Positions 35,765-43,979 of a stretch of DNA of 53,144 nucleotides are shown here, piece after piece. A program made the translations under genes and the position numbers. The DNA comes from a virus. Its lineage: Duplodnaviria > Caudoviricetes. Below the pieces are notes generated by a model. It was not told where the DNA came from, did no database searches, and saw nothing but the letters and a program-made list of their open reading frames with translations. How positions within the stretch are numbered: position 1 is the stretch's first letter; each line of letters starts with the position of its first letter. The stretch is from IMG/VR virus record IMGVR_UViG_3300019875_000001, positions 1 to 53,144 of that record. One strand, 5' to 3'.

Positions 35765-36027
35765 TAGTCCAAACCACTTCCAGCCGGGGCTTCCCTGAAT
35801 ATCTTAGCGATGGCTTCAAACGCCTGTGCCACGGCCTCCCTGCGGTGCTGGCTCTTAGGTAGCCAGAAGGTGATAGCGCTCCTGTCATCATCTACAGGAG
35901 GGTGATGCAGCATGAGCGTAGAGTGTAGAACCAGCTGGGCTGCATGATACACCACTCCCGTGTTGCTGATCTTCTCCACGGGTATAACCTCATCTGTAAG
36001 TTCTTGGCTGTATACATTTACCTTCAC
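35764..36027 (-). CDS. Conserved hypothetical protein
   Basis: NVYSQELT...DDDRSAITFW. Confidence 0.6.
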   Translation of the reverse strand: MKVNVYSQELTDEVIPVEKISNTGVVYHAAQLVLHSTLMLHHPPVDDDRSAITFWLPKSQHRREAVAQAFEAIAKIFREAPAGSGLD

Positions 36028-36794
36028 TTGATCCCCCTTATCTCTCTTACAATCTTCTTTGCTGTTGCTGGGCCTATCCCCTCAATAGCCATCCAGTCAG
36101 ACTCATCCGAGTTGGCCAGAGCATGGCCAGTCTTGAACATTGCCGCCGCCTGGGTGCCATACACTACCCCGATATCATCCAGCGCATCAGCCCACCTACG
36201 GGCCAGACTAGGCTTGCCGCTCAGCACTGGAATCGCGGGCTTGTGAATCTCAATCATGCTGGTGTGAGTCTTCTTTTGGAAGTACTGGTACATCTCACAG
36301 ATGTTGTACGCAGTGTGGTACAGATCGTTGGATTGCGTAATTATTACACCCGCACGCTGCACGCTGATCATGTACCGGAACAGCTTGGAGTAGAGTATTC
36401 GTCTGGCACCGCCCATGCTAGTTTTGAGCGGACCCCAGGACTGACCGCTACGGTATCCCTGCATGAGGATGCCATCGTACCCATTGCCATTGCCTGGGCA
36501 CCACATACCCTCAAGGCACATGAACGCATGGCCACGGCTGTATAGCTTAGTCATCCCTATGTACTGGTGGCCAGAGAAGCGAGAGTCATCGATACAGCTG
36601 AGCATGTCATTGAGGGTCTTACGCTCAATCCCCACCGTGACTGGACCCTTAGGACCCCTGCCCTCAAAGGACACATCCCCGTAAGGAAGCTCAGTAGACT
36701 CACAGGCAATCCCCAGCTTGCGTATGATCGGCTGGAGTAGCTCTTTGCCCTTACCATCACTGCCACTGCCCCGCCGATAGTCCACGTAGATCAT
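36024..36794 (-). CDS. ERCC4/XPF-type nuclease with HhH tail
   Basis: IYVDYR, L.YGD, IERKT..D, LEG; IEGIGPATAKKI. Confidence 0.8.
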   Translation of the reverse strand: MIYVDYRRGSGSDGKGKELLQPIIRKLGIACESTELPYGDVSFEGRGPKGPVTVGIERKTLNDMLSCIDDSRFSGHQYIGMTKLYSRGHAFMCLEGMWCPGNGNGYDGILMQGYRSGQSWGPLKTSMGGARRILYSKLFRYMISVQRAGVIITQSNDLYHTAYNICEMYQYFQKKTHTSMIEIHKPAIPVLSGKPSLARRWADALDDIGVVYGTQAAAMFKTGHALANSDESDWMAIEGIGPATAKKIVREIRGIK

Positions 36795-37054
36795 GCAATC
36801 TCCTCAAGGTCCCAATGATCCATGTACCTGTTGACATGGCGAAATGACACTGACTCGCTCCTGCGATTGCGCGTACGAGTGTACTTTCTGTACACTTCAG
36901 GTCGGGTGAGCACGGGCACAGATCGGTCAATAAAATGCCCTTCACTCGTGGCGCTGTGGTGGTCTTTGGCCGCTATGTAAACCCGATCACCATTTGGCCT
37001 GACCACACACACAGTGGGTATGAATACCCCTGGATACTTATAGCCGGTTAGCAT
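36791..37054 (-). CDS. Hypothetical protein
   Basis: Overlapping ORF in the operon. Confidence 0.45.
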   Translation of the reverse strand: MLTGYKYPGVFIPTVCVVRPNGDRVYIAAKDHHSATSEGHFIDRSVPVLTRPEVYRKYTRTRNRRSESVSFRHVNRYMDHWDLEEIA

Positions 37055-37502
37055 ACGTCCACACCTCCACGTTATTGGGTAGAGGCTTCAGCAGTGGCAG
37101 CACTGCCGTATCACTCAGACGACCATTGCCAATGCCGGGGAAGTTAACAGCAAACTTGACAGAGGGCTTAGTGACTGCCCACAGAGTGAGACACCGCACA
37201 CTATTCTCAATCAGGCCTAGATCGGCCTCATCACGAAAATGGTTCTTGACCTGGAAGATTGCTAGAACAGGCTTCTCCCATTTGAAAGAGGTCAGCACGC
37301 CATACGGCTGATTAGGATTGGTTGCAGACCAGCAGCTTACCAGACGGCCAAACTCAGCCTGAGCCTCCGGGTATTTCTGAGTCAGCTGGAATGCTGCACC
37401 TCTACCCATGACAAGCCCGCCATCATTGCGGATGAAAGCATTGGTAGTCACCAGCATAACGTCAGGCTTCGATTCAAACATGTCGCCTTGGCGTAGTATC
37501 AT
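37038..37502 (-). CDS. Macrodomain (ADP-ribose) protein
   Basis: GDMF, TTN, VMGRG.A......YP, F.VK.HFR..A, PGIGNG.L. Confidence 0.8.
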   Translation of the reverse strand: MILRQGDMFESKPDVMLVTTNAFIRNDGGLVMGRGAAFQLTQKYPEAQAEFGRLVSCWSATNPNQPYGVLTSFKWEKPVLAIFQVKNHFRDEADLGLIENSVRCLTLWAVTKPSVKFAVNFPGIGNGRLSDTAVLPLLKPLPNNVEVWTYANRL

Positions 37503-38170
37503 TATTTCCTCCTTAATGCGTGCCCAGGAAATCCAGTGCCGCGCCTAGACTCATACAGAGCCTTGTCCCTAGGCCCATAGATGTTGTATAGGTCATCAGC
37601 GAATAGGGGCTTGGGGTTGCCCATGCGTGACCAGTGCTTGTGCTCCTGTTTGATATCGGGACGCTGCCCAAACACTCCCAGCTTGGTAGCCACTTGCTGT
37701 AGCTCAGTGTCGGCGTAGAGGTGAAAGTACTCATCCCTGAATGGGCCGTGCCCGCTGTAGGACCGCTCAGCAAACTCCCTGCCTATCCAAGGGGAGGCAG
37801 CAGCCGTGTCAATGTAGCCGTCACCATAGCGATCCCCTGTGGGCTGCATAACACCAAGAGTGCCTTTGAAGTACTCTCTGCACTGATTAGCCACCAGATG
37901 AGAATCAAAGTGCTCATCAGGCCAGTAGTCATCCCCCCCACACACAAACCAATCAACGTGCATATCAATTGAGAGTACTGTTTTAATCAAGTGATTGTTG
38001 CTAACTGCCCAGCCAGCGTAGAAGTCCACAGGGTATTGGTATATGGGTAAGACCAGGGGCTCTCCCTGCCTGATAATCATCACGCGGCAGCCGAAGTCCA
38101 GCCACGCTTGCAGGCAAGACTCAGCTTCGCGTCTTGGTCGGGCTGATGGACATAGATACCAAACTGACAT
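37502..38170 (-). CDS. GT-A fold glycosyltransferase-like protein
   Basis: GW..SNN, GDDYWPD, HLYADTEL, EHKHW. Confidence 0.65.
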   Translation of the reverse strand: MSVWYLCPSARPRREAESCLQAWLDFGCRVMIIRQGEPLVLPIYQYPVDFYAGWAVSNNHLIKTVLSIDMHVDWFVCGGDDYWPDEHFDSHLVANQCREYFKGTLGVMQPTGDRYGDGYIDTAAASPWIGREFAERSYSGHGPFRDEYFHLYADTELQQVATKLGVFGQRPDIKQEHKHWSRMGNPKPLFADDLYNIYGPRDKALYESRRGTGFPGHALRRK

Positions 38171-38194
38171 AAGATCCTCCTTAAACCGTAATAA

Positions 38195-38371
38195 TTACGC
38201 TTTTACTCTCAGGTCTTCTGCTCTCATGATGGCCATCTCAGCCTGTGCCAAGTCGCGGGTGATTGGTAGGGGGAATACTTTAGCCTCCTTGCGCCACTGC
38301 TGTATGAGAGCAACTACGGCAGCCGCTTGTTCCATGGTCAGAACTACTGTCAGTTTTCGAGTGTCGTTCAT
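38195..38371 (-). CDS. Small hypothetical protein (below the ORF-track cutoff)
   Basis: ATGA overlap with the ATPase gene; stop inside the palindrome. Confidence 0.45.
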   Translation of the reverse strand: MNDTRKLTVVLTMEQAAAVVALIQQWRKEAKVFPLPITRDLAQAEMAIMRAEDLRVKA

Positions 38372-39261
38372 AACTTAAACCCCCACCTCTCTAATGGAAC
38401 CTCAGGGTACACGAGATCCACCAACCCACGAAAGTTACAGTTCTCTCCCCAAAGCTCAGCCCCTACCTTTTCCATATCATGCTTGCATTTGAGAATCTTA
38501 ACTCCCCACTCCATGGGCACTTGAATTGTGCGGCTGCCCATTTTCTGAGTGCGTGCTGGTCTGAACATGTGACTGATTTGCATGTCCCACAGGTAGTCTT
38601 GATCCTTGAATCCCTGACGTTCCTTGCCGCCAGTCTTACGCCGCATGTCCTCACCATTCACAGGGTCTTTCTCTGGAGTGCCATCAGCCTTGTAGACAGT
38701 CTCATAAGAGTCCTTGACCTTGTTGGAGAAGAACACAATCTTGCCCGAGTCCCAAGCCTTGGCAATCTGAGCCCGCTTGTCAGCGTATGGTGCGGCATAG
38801 CGAGTCTGTGGGTAGATCTGGGTTGTCTTGCCGAAGTAGCCCAGGATGTGAATCTCCCAGAAATCAGAGTCACCGTCAAGAAACACACAGGTGGAGTCTT
38901 TACTCTCCAAGGCCTCATAGAAGCTGGCCCGTATAAGCTTGTAATACTCGCCATAGTCTGCTGTCTTGGCTTGCCCCTGCAATGGTGGCTGGATAACTTT
39001 GATGCCTATGTTGGGATTGCGGTGAGCCGGTGGATGAGGATTGTCGAACACTCCCTGAAAGTTGCGATCCACTGAGAGCATCTGGATGACTCCTGGGATT
39101 GACAGGGCGAACTCAGTCTTGCCACAGTCGGTCATGCCCTCTTGTCCCACCAGCAGAGGCTTAAGCCAGATAGGTTTCTGCACAGTGCCCAGATTGATCT
39201 TATGGCGTGTCATGAAAGGCGACACAAAGCCCTGTCTCTCAAATGATGCCGGTAAAGCCAT
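38368..39261 (-). CDS. P-loop ATPase (Sak4/AAA-like)
   Basis: GMTDCGKT Walker A, VFLDG Walker B; beside a nuclease and an SSB-like gene. Confidence 0.65.
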   Translation of the reverse strand: MALPASFERQGFVSPFMTRHKINLGTVQKPIWLKPLLVGQEGMTDCGKTEFALSIPGVIQMLSVDRNFQGVFDNPHPPAHRNPNIGIKVIQPPLQGQAKTADYGEYYKLIRASFYEALESKDSTCVFLDGDSDFWEIHILGYFGKTTQIYPQTRYAAPYADKRAQIAKAWDSGKIVFFSNKVKDSYETVYKADGTPEKDPVNGEDMRRKTGGKERQGFKDQDYLWDMQISHMFRPARTQKMGSRTIQVPMEWGVKILKCKHDMEKVGAELWGENCNFRGLVDLVYPEVPLERWGFKL

Positions 39262-39947
39262 TATTCAAATCTCCCATGGTTGATCCTGTGAGCCTCTTCA
39301 AGCTGAAGCATTGCCTCAAACTCTCTCTTGTAGTCCGCTAGCAGATTCCAGTTATTGTCTAGCTCATCCTGGGTGAACTCAATCTCCCAGACAATGCGCT
39401 GAGGGGTGATGGGGAACTTGTAGTTGCCGCAGAGGAACCAGCAGTGCATTACAGCAAAGCGGGTGCCCACTGCGATGCAGTAAGCTTTCATCTGGGCCAA
39501 CCACATCCATTGGTTCTCCAGATTGCCTACTGTCTTGGTGCTCTTATAAGTGGCCTTGACTTCATGAACCCGTTTGGTCAGGCTCATGCTCTTTTTGAGA
39601 TGCTCGTTGAGCGTAATTATTACGCTTTCGTCTTGGCCGTCGTGCGTCATGTAGACGCCATCGTACAGAAGCTCTTGCGGGTGATCCTCAACGCCGTACA
39701 TGCTGAGGATCTCTGGTATGTAGTACTGCTCAATAGCCAGCCCTATACTGATACGTAGTATTGCTGTTGGATCGGTAATGGTGCGGACATCCACAAGGGA
39801 TAATTCCTCAGCCCATTCGGCTTTAAGGATGCCCGCTTCAGTTGCAATGCACCTGATGATAGATGAGACATGCGTGCCGACAGAGCGCGGAGTCTTAGGC
39901 GCAGGCAGAAACAGCGGATAGTTATCGGTGCTGACGTTTACGATCAT
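39261..39947 (-). CDS. PD-(D/E)XK exonuclease-like protein
   Basis: HVSSI, G.A.E, DG...HEVKAT, QMKAY. Confidence 0.7.
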   Translation of the reverse strand: MIVNVSTDNYPLFLPAPKTPRSVGTHVSSIIRCIATEAGILKAEWAEELSLVDVRTITDPTAILRISIGLAIEQYYIPEILSMYGVEDHPQELLYDGVYMTHDGQDESVIITLNEHLKKSMSLTKRVHEVKATYKSTKTVGNLENQWMWLAQMKAYCIAVGTRFAVMHCWFLCGNYKFPITPQRIVWEIEFTQDELDNNWNLLADYKREFEAMLQLEEAHRINHGRFE

Positions 39948-40185
39948 AAATCCTCGACTCGTCGTTAGCTGCTAATTCCCGCAAGAACTCTGACACTCTG
40001 GCCAGTTCAGCCTCAGTGAAAAGAACGCACAGGTCATCTGTGCTGTCCTTCATTCTCAGCCGCTCTAGCCTTTCAGCTGTTATAACCCTGAGGCCGTCTC
40101 TGTCCTTTTTGGGAACCCAGAGACGGCTAAGATTGTCCAGCCGGTAAGCCTCATTGAACAGCTTGGTACGATCCTCTTGAACCAT
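39922..40185 (-). CDS. Hypothetical protein
   Basis: GGAGG SD. Confidence 0.5.
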   Translation of the reverse strand: MVQEDRTKLFNEAYRLDNLSRLWVPKKDRDGLRVITAERLERLRMKDSTDDLCVLFTEAELARVSEFLRELAANDESRIYDRKRQHR

Positions 40186-40194
40186 GCTGCCTCC

Positions 40195-40224
40195 AAAGAA
40201 AAGGGGCACCTCCGAGATGCCCCG
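40195..40224 (-). terminator. Intrinsic terminator
   Basis: GGGGCATCTCGGAGGTGCCCC followed by TTTTCTTT. Confidence 0.65.
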
Positions 40225-40230
40225 CAGTCT

Positions 40231-41265
40231 TTACGCGGCGGGCACGACCGCAGGACCCTGAACTGTGTAGTTCAGTTCTCCGAGGGCGATGAGGAGGTTA
40301 TCCTCAATCTCAAAGATATTGGAGATCACCAGACCGGCCATGTCATTACCAGCCTGCTTCTCCAGGTACTTGAAGACGTTATTGCGAAGAATCGTGCGGG
40401 GCAATCCGTTGAGATTCTTGGTTAAAACGTCGTTGATTGCTGCGCTGGCCCAAGCTTTGATATCCTCGAAATCGGACGCAGGAGCAGCCGCAGCAACGGG
40501 CGCTGGAGGAGCCGGTGCCGCCACAGGCCTAGGAGCGGTGACGGGGCGAGGAGCAACGGCAGCTGGACGCGCAACAGCCACGGGACGCGGTGCAGCCGCC
40601 GCAGCTGGACGCGCAACTGGAGGCCGAGCAGCCACAGGGCGAGCCGCAACGGGGGCTGCAACAGGAGTAGCCGCAGGAAATCCGCCGCCACCTTCCCAGG
40701 GCTTGCCTCCCTCCAGGATCTCAGACACAACAGCCACCTTCATGGGCTTGCGGTTGGCGTCCTGTTCCACTTCCTGCATGTTGTTCTTCATGGACTTGCG
40801 CGATTCAGGCTCATCCTGATTCACCACGTAAATCCAAACGCCATCAATTGCGCTCACGTCATTGACGAAAACACCTTCAGGCATAGAGGATTGATACAGA
40901 GACTGGAGGTATAGACTCCAGTTAGTACCCTCGAACATTCCACCCTTGCCGCCCTTGCTGCCGCCGCCGGGAATCCGAACGATGCCCTTACCCGTCTCTG
41001 GATTCGGGGCAAAGGATTCAGCCGCCTTGGTGCCCATGGAGTAGAACTGTTGAATCTTGTTCTCTTCTGTGGGATTGGCCAAGGGGTAGAAGTCGATCAT
41101 AACTCCTAGACGGGCAATGCCCTTGTTCTGTCCCGTCGTCTTGTCTGTGGCCTGATGCATGACCACGTTATGGATTGCGATGTACTGACCATCCGGAATG
41201 AATGTAGTCCCCGAATAGAAAGACAGTTCGCCGAAATTCAGTGCTCCGTTGTCTTGAGGCGTCAT
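40231..41265 (-). CDS. Possible ssDNA-binding protein with Pro/Ala/Arg linker
   Basis: Beta-rich N-domain, (A)ARPV repeats, small C-domain; context only. Confidence 0.45.
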   Translation of the reverse strand: MTPQDNGALNFGELSFYSGTTFIPDGQYIAIHNVVMHQATDKTTGQNKGIARLGVMIDFYPLANPTEENKIQQFYSMGTKAAESFAPNPETGKGIVRIPGGGSKGGKGGMFEGTNWSLYLQSLYQSSMPEGVFVNDVSAIDGVWIYVVNQDEPESRKSMKNNMQEVEQDANRKPMKVAVVSEILEGGKPWEGGGGFPAATPVAAPVAARPVAARPPVARPAAAAAPRPVAVARPAAVAPRPVTAPRPVAAPAPPAPVAAAAPASDFEDIKAWASAAINDVLTKNLNGLPRTILRNNVFKYLEKQAGNDMAGLVISNIFEIEDNLLIALGELNYTVQGPAVVPAA

Positions 41266-41269
41266 ACGT

Positions 41270-41443
41270 TTACTTACTCTCCTGTTTGAGTTGTTTCCTT
41301 AACATGCTTACTTCTACTTCACAATCGGTAATGTGATTCTCGATTGCATCATTGGGAGGGCAATTGCGTTCAATCGTCTCCCTCAGAAGTTTGATGGCTC
41401 GTTCTACTTTTTCAAGCCTGAAAATTGTGAATTCGCTAGCCAT
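41270..41443 (-). CDS. Small hypothetical protein
   Basis: ATG just downstream of the palindrome that ends the helicase gene. Confidence 0.45.
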   Translation of the reverse strand: MASEFTIFRLEKVERAIKLLRETIERNCPPNDAIENHITDCEVEVSMLRKQLKQESK

Positions 41444-41456
41444 AAAAGTGTAATAA

Positions 41457-43019
41457 TTACGCTGCCCACTGCATTGGCGCGGGTAAAATGCTAATGGTGC
41501 GCATGAAAGCATTGAAGCTATCAGGGGCCAAGTGCTTAAAACGTGGATAGAACCAGTCCATATGCTCATCACATATGAAGTTCTCGCACCAGTCTGTTCT
41601 ATCCCTCATGCCCCTGCCAATAGCCTGCACCAGAGCTTGCATGGCCTGATAGGGGCGGTACTCCTTATCCACAGCCTCACGAGCCTTCACGATCTTGCTT
41701 GGTGGCTCAAATGGGATCTTGCACAGGAACTGCCAGCGTGCCCGATCATGCTTGAAGTCAAAGCCCTCGAATACACTAGGGCTAACTAGGATAGAACCTG
41801 CACCGGCTTGAAAGAACTCATTAACTGATCTGTCAATGGGCTCACCTTTCTTATTCAGGATCATAGACGGCGCGAATCTAGATCTCTCTTTGATCTCTCC
41901 CTGCCGATCATACGACGTGCTATGGATGACGCCCTTTCTATCCCGCCGTCTACAAGCCACTCGGTCAAGTACAGCCCAAAGTAAACCAAGGTCATTAGCT
42001 TTCGAGTCCACTCGCATGGTAGGCAGATAATAAATAGGAGAACGGCGAGGATCAAAATCACTGGGCAACTCCTTGAAGGTGTAGGCCTCTTTTGGGATGT
42101 GGCACATCTGAACGGTCTTGTGCCGGATAGTAGCAGACACCCAAGTAACATCAGGAACCTGAAGTAGTAGAGTAGCTTCAGTGTACCGACCAGGACGGAT
42201 AGGATCGAACTTGTATCCAAGCTCAGTCTGATCAACAATCCAGTCCACAGGCTTAGCCAGACAGAGGATACCCAGACGGCGGCACAAGTTACGCATATGG
42301 GTGTAGTGCCTGACCCATGCGGGCTTAGGGTCACGGGCATTCTCCAGCTTGTTGTAAGCTGCCTTAAGCTCAGAGTCTGCATACTGCTTGGCATTACCAG
42401 CCCAGGCACGCCATACGTTCATGTCATCCGAGTCATAGCCACGGGGGAAGGGAATACCCAGAGTATCCTCAATCTCCTTGTGATTGAGAACCACTTGCAT
42501 AGCATCAGCTACAGCTTGAGGAGCGTGATGAGCCTCATCAAAGATCACCCTCTTGACGTGCGAGAGGCCCATACCGAAGCGTTTGTTTGCAGTCCACTTG
42601 CTGTAGTTGGTGACGATGAGACTGGAGGTTGAGGCCCTCATCTCAGCCTTACTCGAAGGGCAGGCAACCGTACCCTTGTAGCCACACTTAGCGGCATACC
42701 CGTCTTCACAGGTATAGCCCGCTTTCATCTCACAAGTGTAATTATTACGGCCACGCAGATCTACCATCCCTATGGATGAGAAGTCAGTCATGTACTGATC
42801 CTGTAGACCACGGGTAGCCGTAACAATGGCCGTAGGCTCACCACTTTCCAGGGCATCAGCTACAACAAGGGCAGACTTACCAGAGCCGGTAGGAGCACAC
42901 AAGACCTTACTCCTGGTCTTTGTGGTTCTGAGGAATTCAAAGCCCGTCTCCTGATTGGGACGCCAGCTATCAAACTTCTCAGGTAGCCCGATATCTTGAG
43001 GTGTACGTATCTTCTCCAC
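41457..43019 (-). CDS. DinG/XPD-family SF2 helicase
   Basis: RPNQ, APTGSGKS, LQDQY, four-Cys cluster, DEAH, SAT, EGFDF, QAIGRGMR..D. Confidence 0.9.
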   Translation of the reverse strand: MEKIRTPQDIGLPEKFDSWRPNQETGFEFLRTTKTRSKVLCAPTGSGKSALVVADALESGEPTAIVTATRGLQDQYMTDFSSIGMVDLRGRNNYTCEMKAGYTCEDGYAAKCGYKGTVACPSSKAEMRASTSSLIVTNYSKWTANKRFGMGLSHVKRVIFDEAHHAPQAVADAMQVVLNHKEIEDTLGIPFPRGYDSDDMNVWRAWAGNAKQYADSELKAAYNKLENARDPKPAWVRHYTHMRNLCRRLGILCLAKPVDWIVDQTELGYKFDPIRPGRYTEATLLLQVPDVTWVSATIRHKTVQMCHIPKEAYTFKELPSDFDPRRSPIYYLPTMRVDSKANDLGLLWAVLDRVACRRRDRKGVIHSTSYDRQGEIKERSRFAPSMILNKKGEPIDRSVNEFFQAGAGSILVSPSVFEGFDFKHDRARWQFLCKIPFEPPSKIVKAREAVDKEYRPYQAMQALVQAIGRGMRDRTDWCENFICDEHMDWFYPRFKHLAPDSFNAFMRTISILPAPMQWAA

Positions 43020-43027
43020 GCAATACT

Positions 43028-43056
43028 ATGGTATCTAACCTTTGCCTAGTTGTCAA
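43028..43056 (-). promoter_or_regulatory. Sigma70 promoter of the replication operon
   Basis: TTGACA-17 nt-TACCAT, 8 nt before the GTG start. Confidence 0.75.
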
Positions 43057-43085
43057 GAGGTGTGGGAAAATACTTTGAGATTTGT

Positions 43086-43472
43086 TTATGCGCGCTTAAG
43101 CACGGGCCTAAACGCTGGCAGACGTGGGGCAGGTACTCCACCACGTTTGAAGGTGTCGATGTCAGAGCTATCCTCTTTGGCGATGCGCTGATTGTGCATC
43201 TGTAGTACATCTGTATTGCTCTTGGCAATCTCTTCAGCACGGTCCTGTAGACCTTGCACAAAGTCGTCCAATGTCATGCCTAGGATGGCCGAGATCTTCA
43301 TGCAGTGCTTGAGAGAAGGCGTACGCTGTGCCCTGAAGATACGTGACAGATAGGACACGTCCAGATGTTGTGCACGCGCAATAGCCGACAGATTAATGAA
43401 CTGTCCCCTGAATCGAATTGTTTGAGCATTAGGCGACTTCTCAACTACGCCGCTCTTACCAGCTTTTGCCAT
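43086..43472 (-). CDS. XRE/Cro-CI family HTH regulator
   Basis: LSAIARAQHLDVSYLSRIFRAQRTPSL....KIS.ILGMTLDDF. Confidence 0.85.
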   Translation of the reverse strand: MAKAGKSGVVEKSPNAQTIRFRGQFINLSAIARAQHLDVSYLSRIFRAQRTPSLKHCMKISAILGMTLDDFVQGLQDRAEEIAKSNTDVLQMHNQRIAKEDSSDIDTFKRGGVPAPRLPAFRPVLKRA

Positions 43473-43544
43473 GTAGACATAGTAACACAGAAAACTGTAA
43501 TCATTACACTTTCAGGTATGCAGTACTTTGGTACTATGTAGCAC

Positions 43545-43931
43545 ATGAACACTATTGCGCCAAATGGATCGGCACTCTTTCGGATCGCTGGCAAGGATGA
43601 CTCTGACACTTACAGGGGCATCACTGGCACGATCAGCACGAGTGATACCGTTCACTCATACATTGCAAAGGTGGTAGGAACTGATGACCGTTACTGCCTC
43701 AAATCCCGTCCCGATAGCATCGCTGCCGGGGCTACTGTCTCGGTGGATGTCACTGTGAACGCCTTGGATGCTCAAGGTGGGGTGCTTCCGCCATTCGTGA
43801 TTAACTTCCAACTACAGGGACCGCCGCCACCTCCCAATGCCACACACGTGGTAATGTACGAGGGTCCTTTCGGCGTGGACGGTGGGTACTCCGCTCCAGC
43901 TGACCCTGGAAGTGGTACAATTAGCTTGTAG
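43545..43931 (+). CDS. Hypothetical protein, lone plus-strand gene
   Basis: Own extended -10 and terminator. Confidence 0.6.
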   Translation: MNTIAPNGSALFRIAGKDDSDTYRGITGTISTSDTVHSYIAKVVGTDDRYCLKSRPDSIAAGATVSVDVTVNALDAQGGVLPPFVINFQLQGPPPPPNATHVVMYEGPFGVDGGYSAPADPGSGTISL

Positions 43932-43946
43932 TCCTCGCGTCACTGG

Positions 43947-43979
43947 CCGCATCCCTTCCTCCGTGGGGTGCGGCTTTTT
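43947..43979 (+). terminator. Intrinsic terminator
   Basis: GCCGCATCCC...GGGGTGCGGC followed by TTTTT. Confidence 0.65.
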
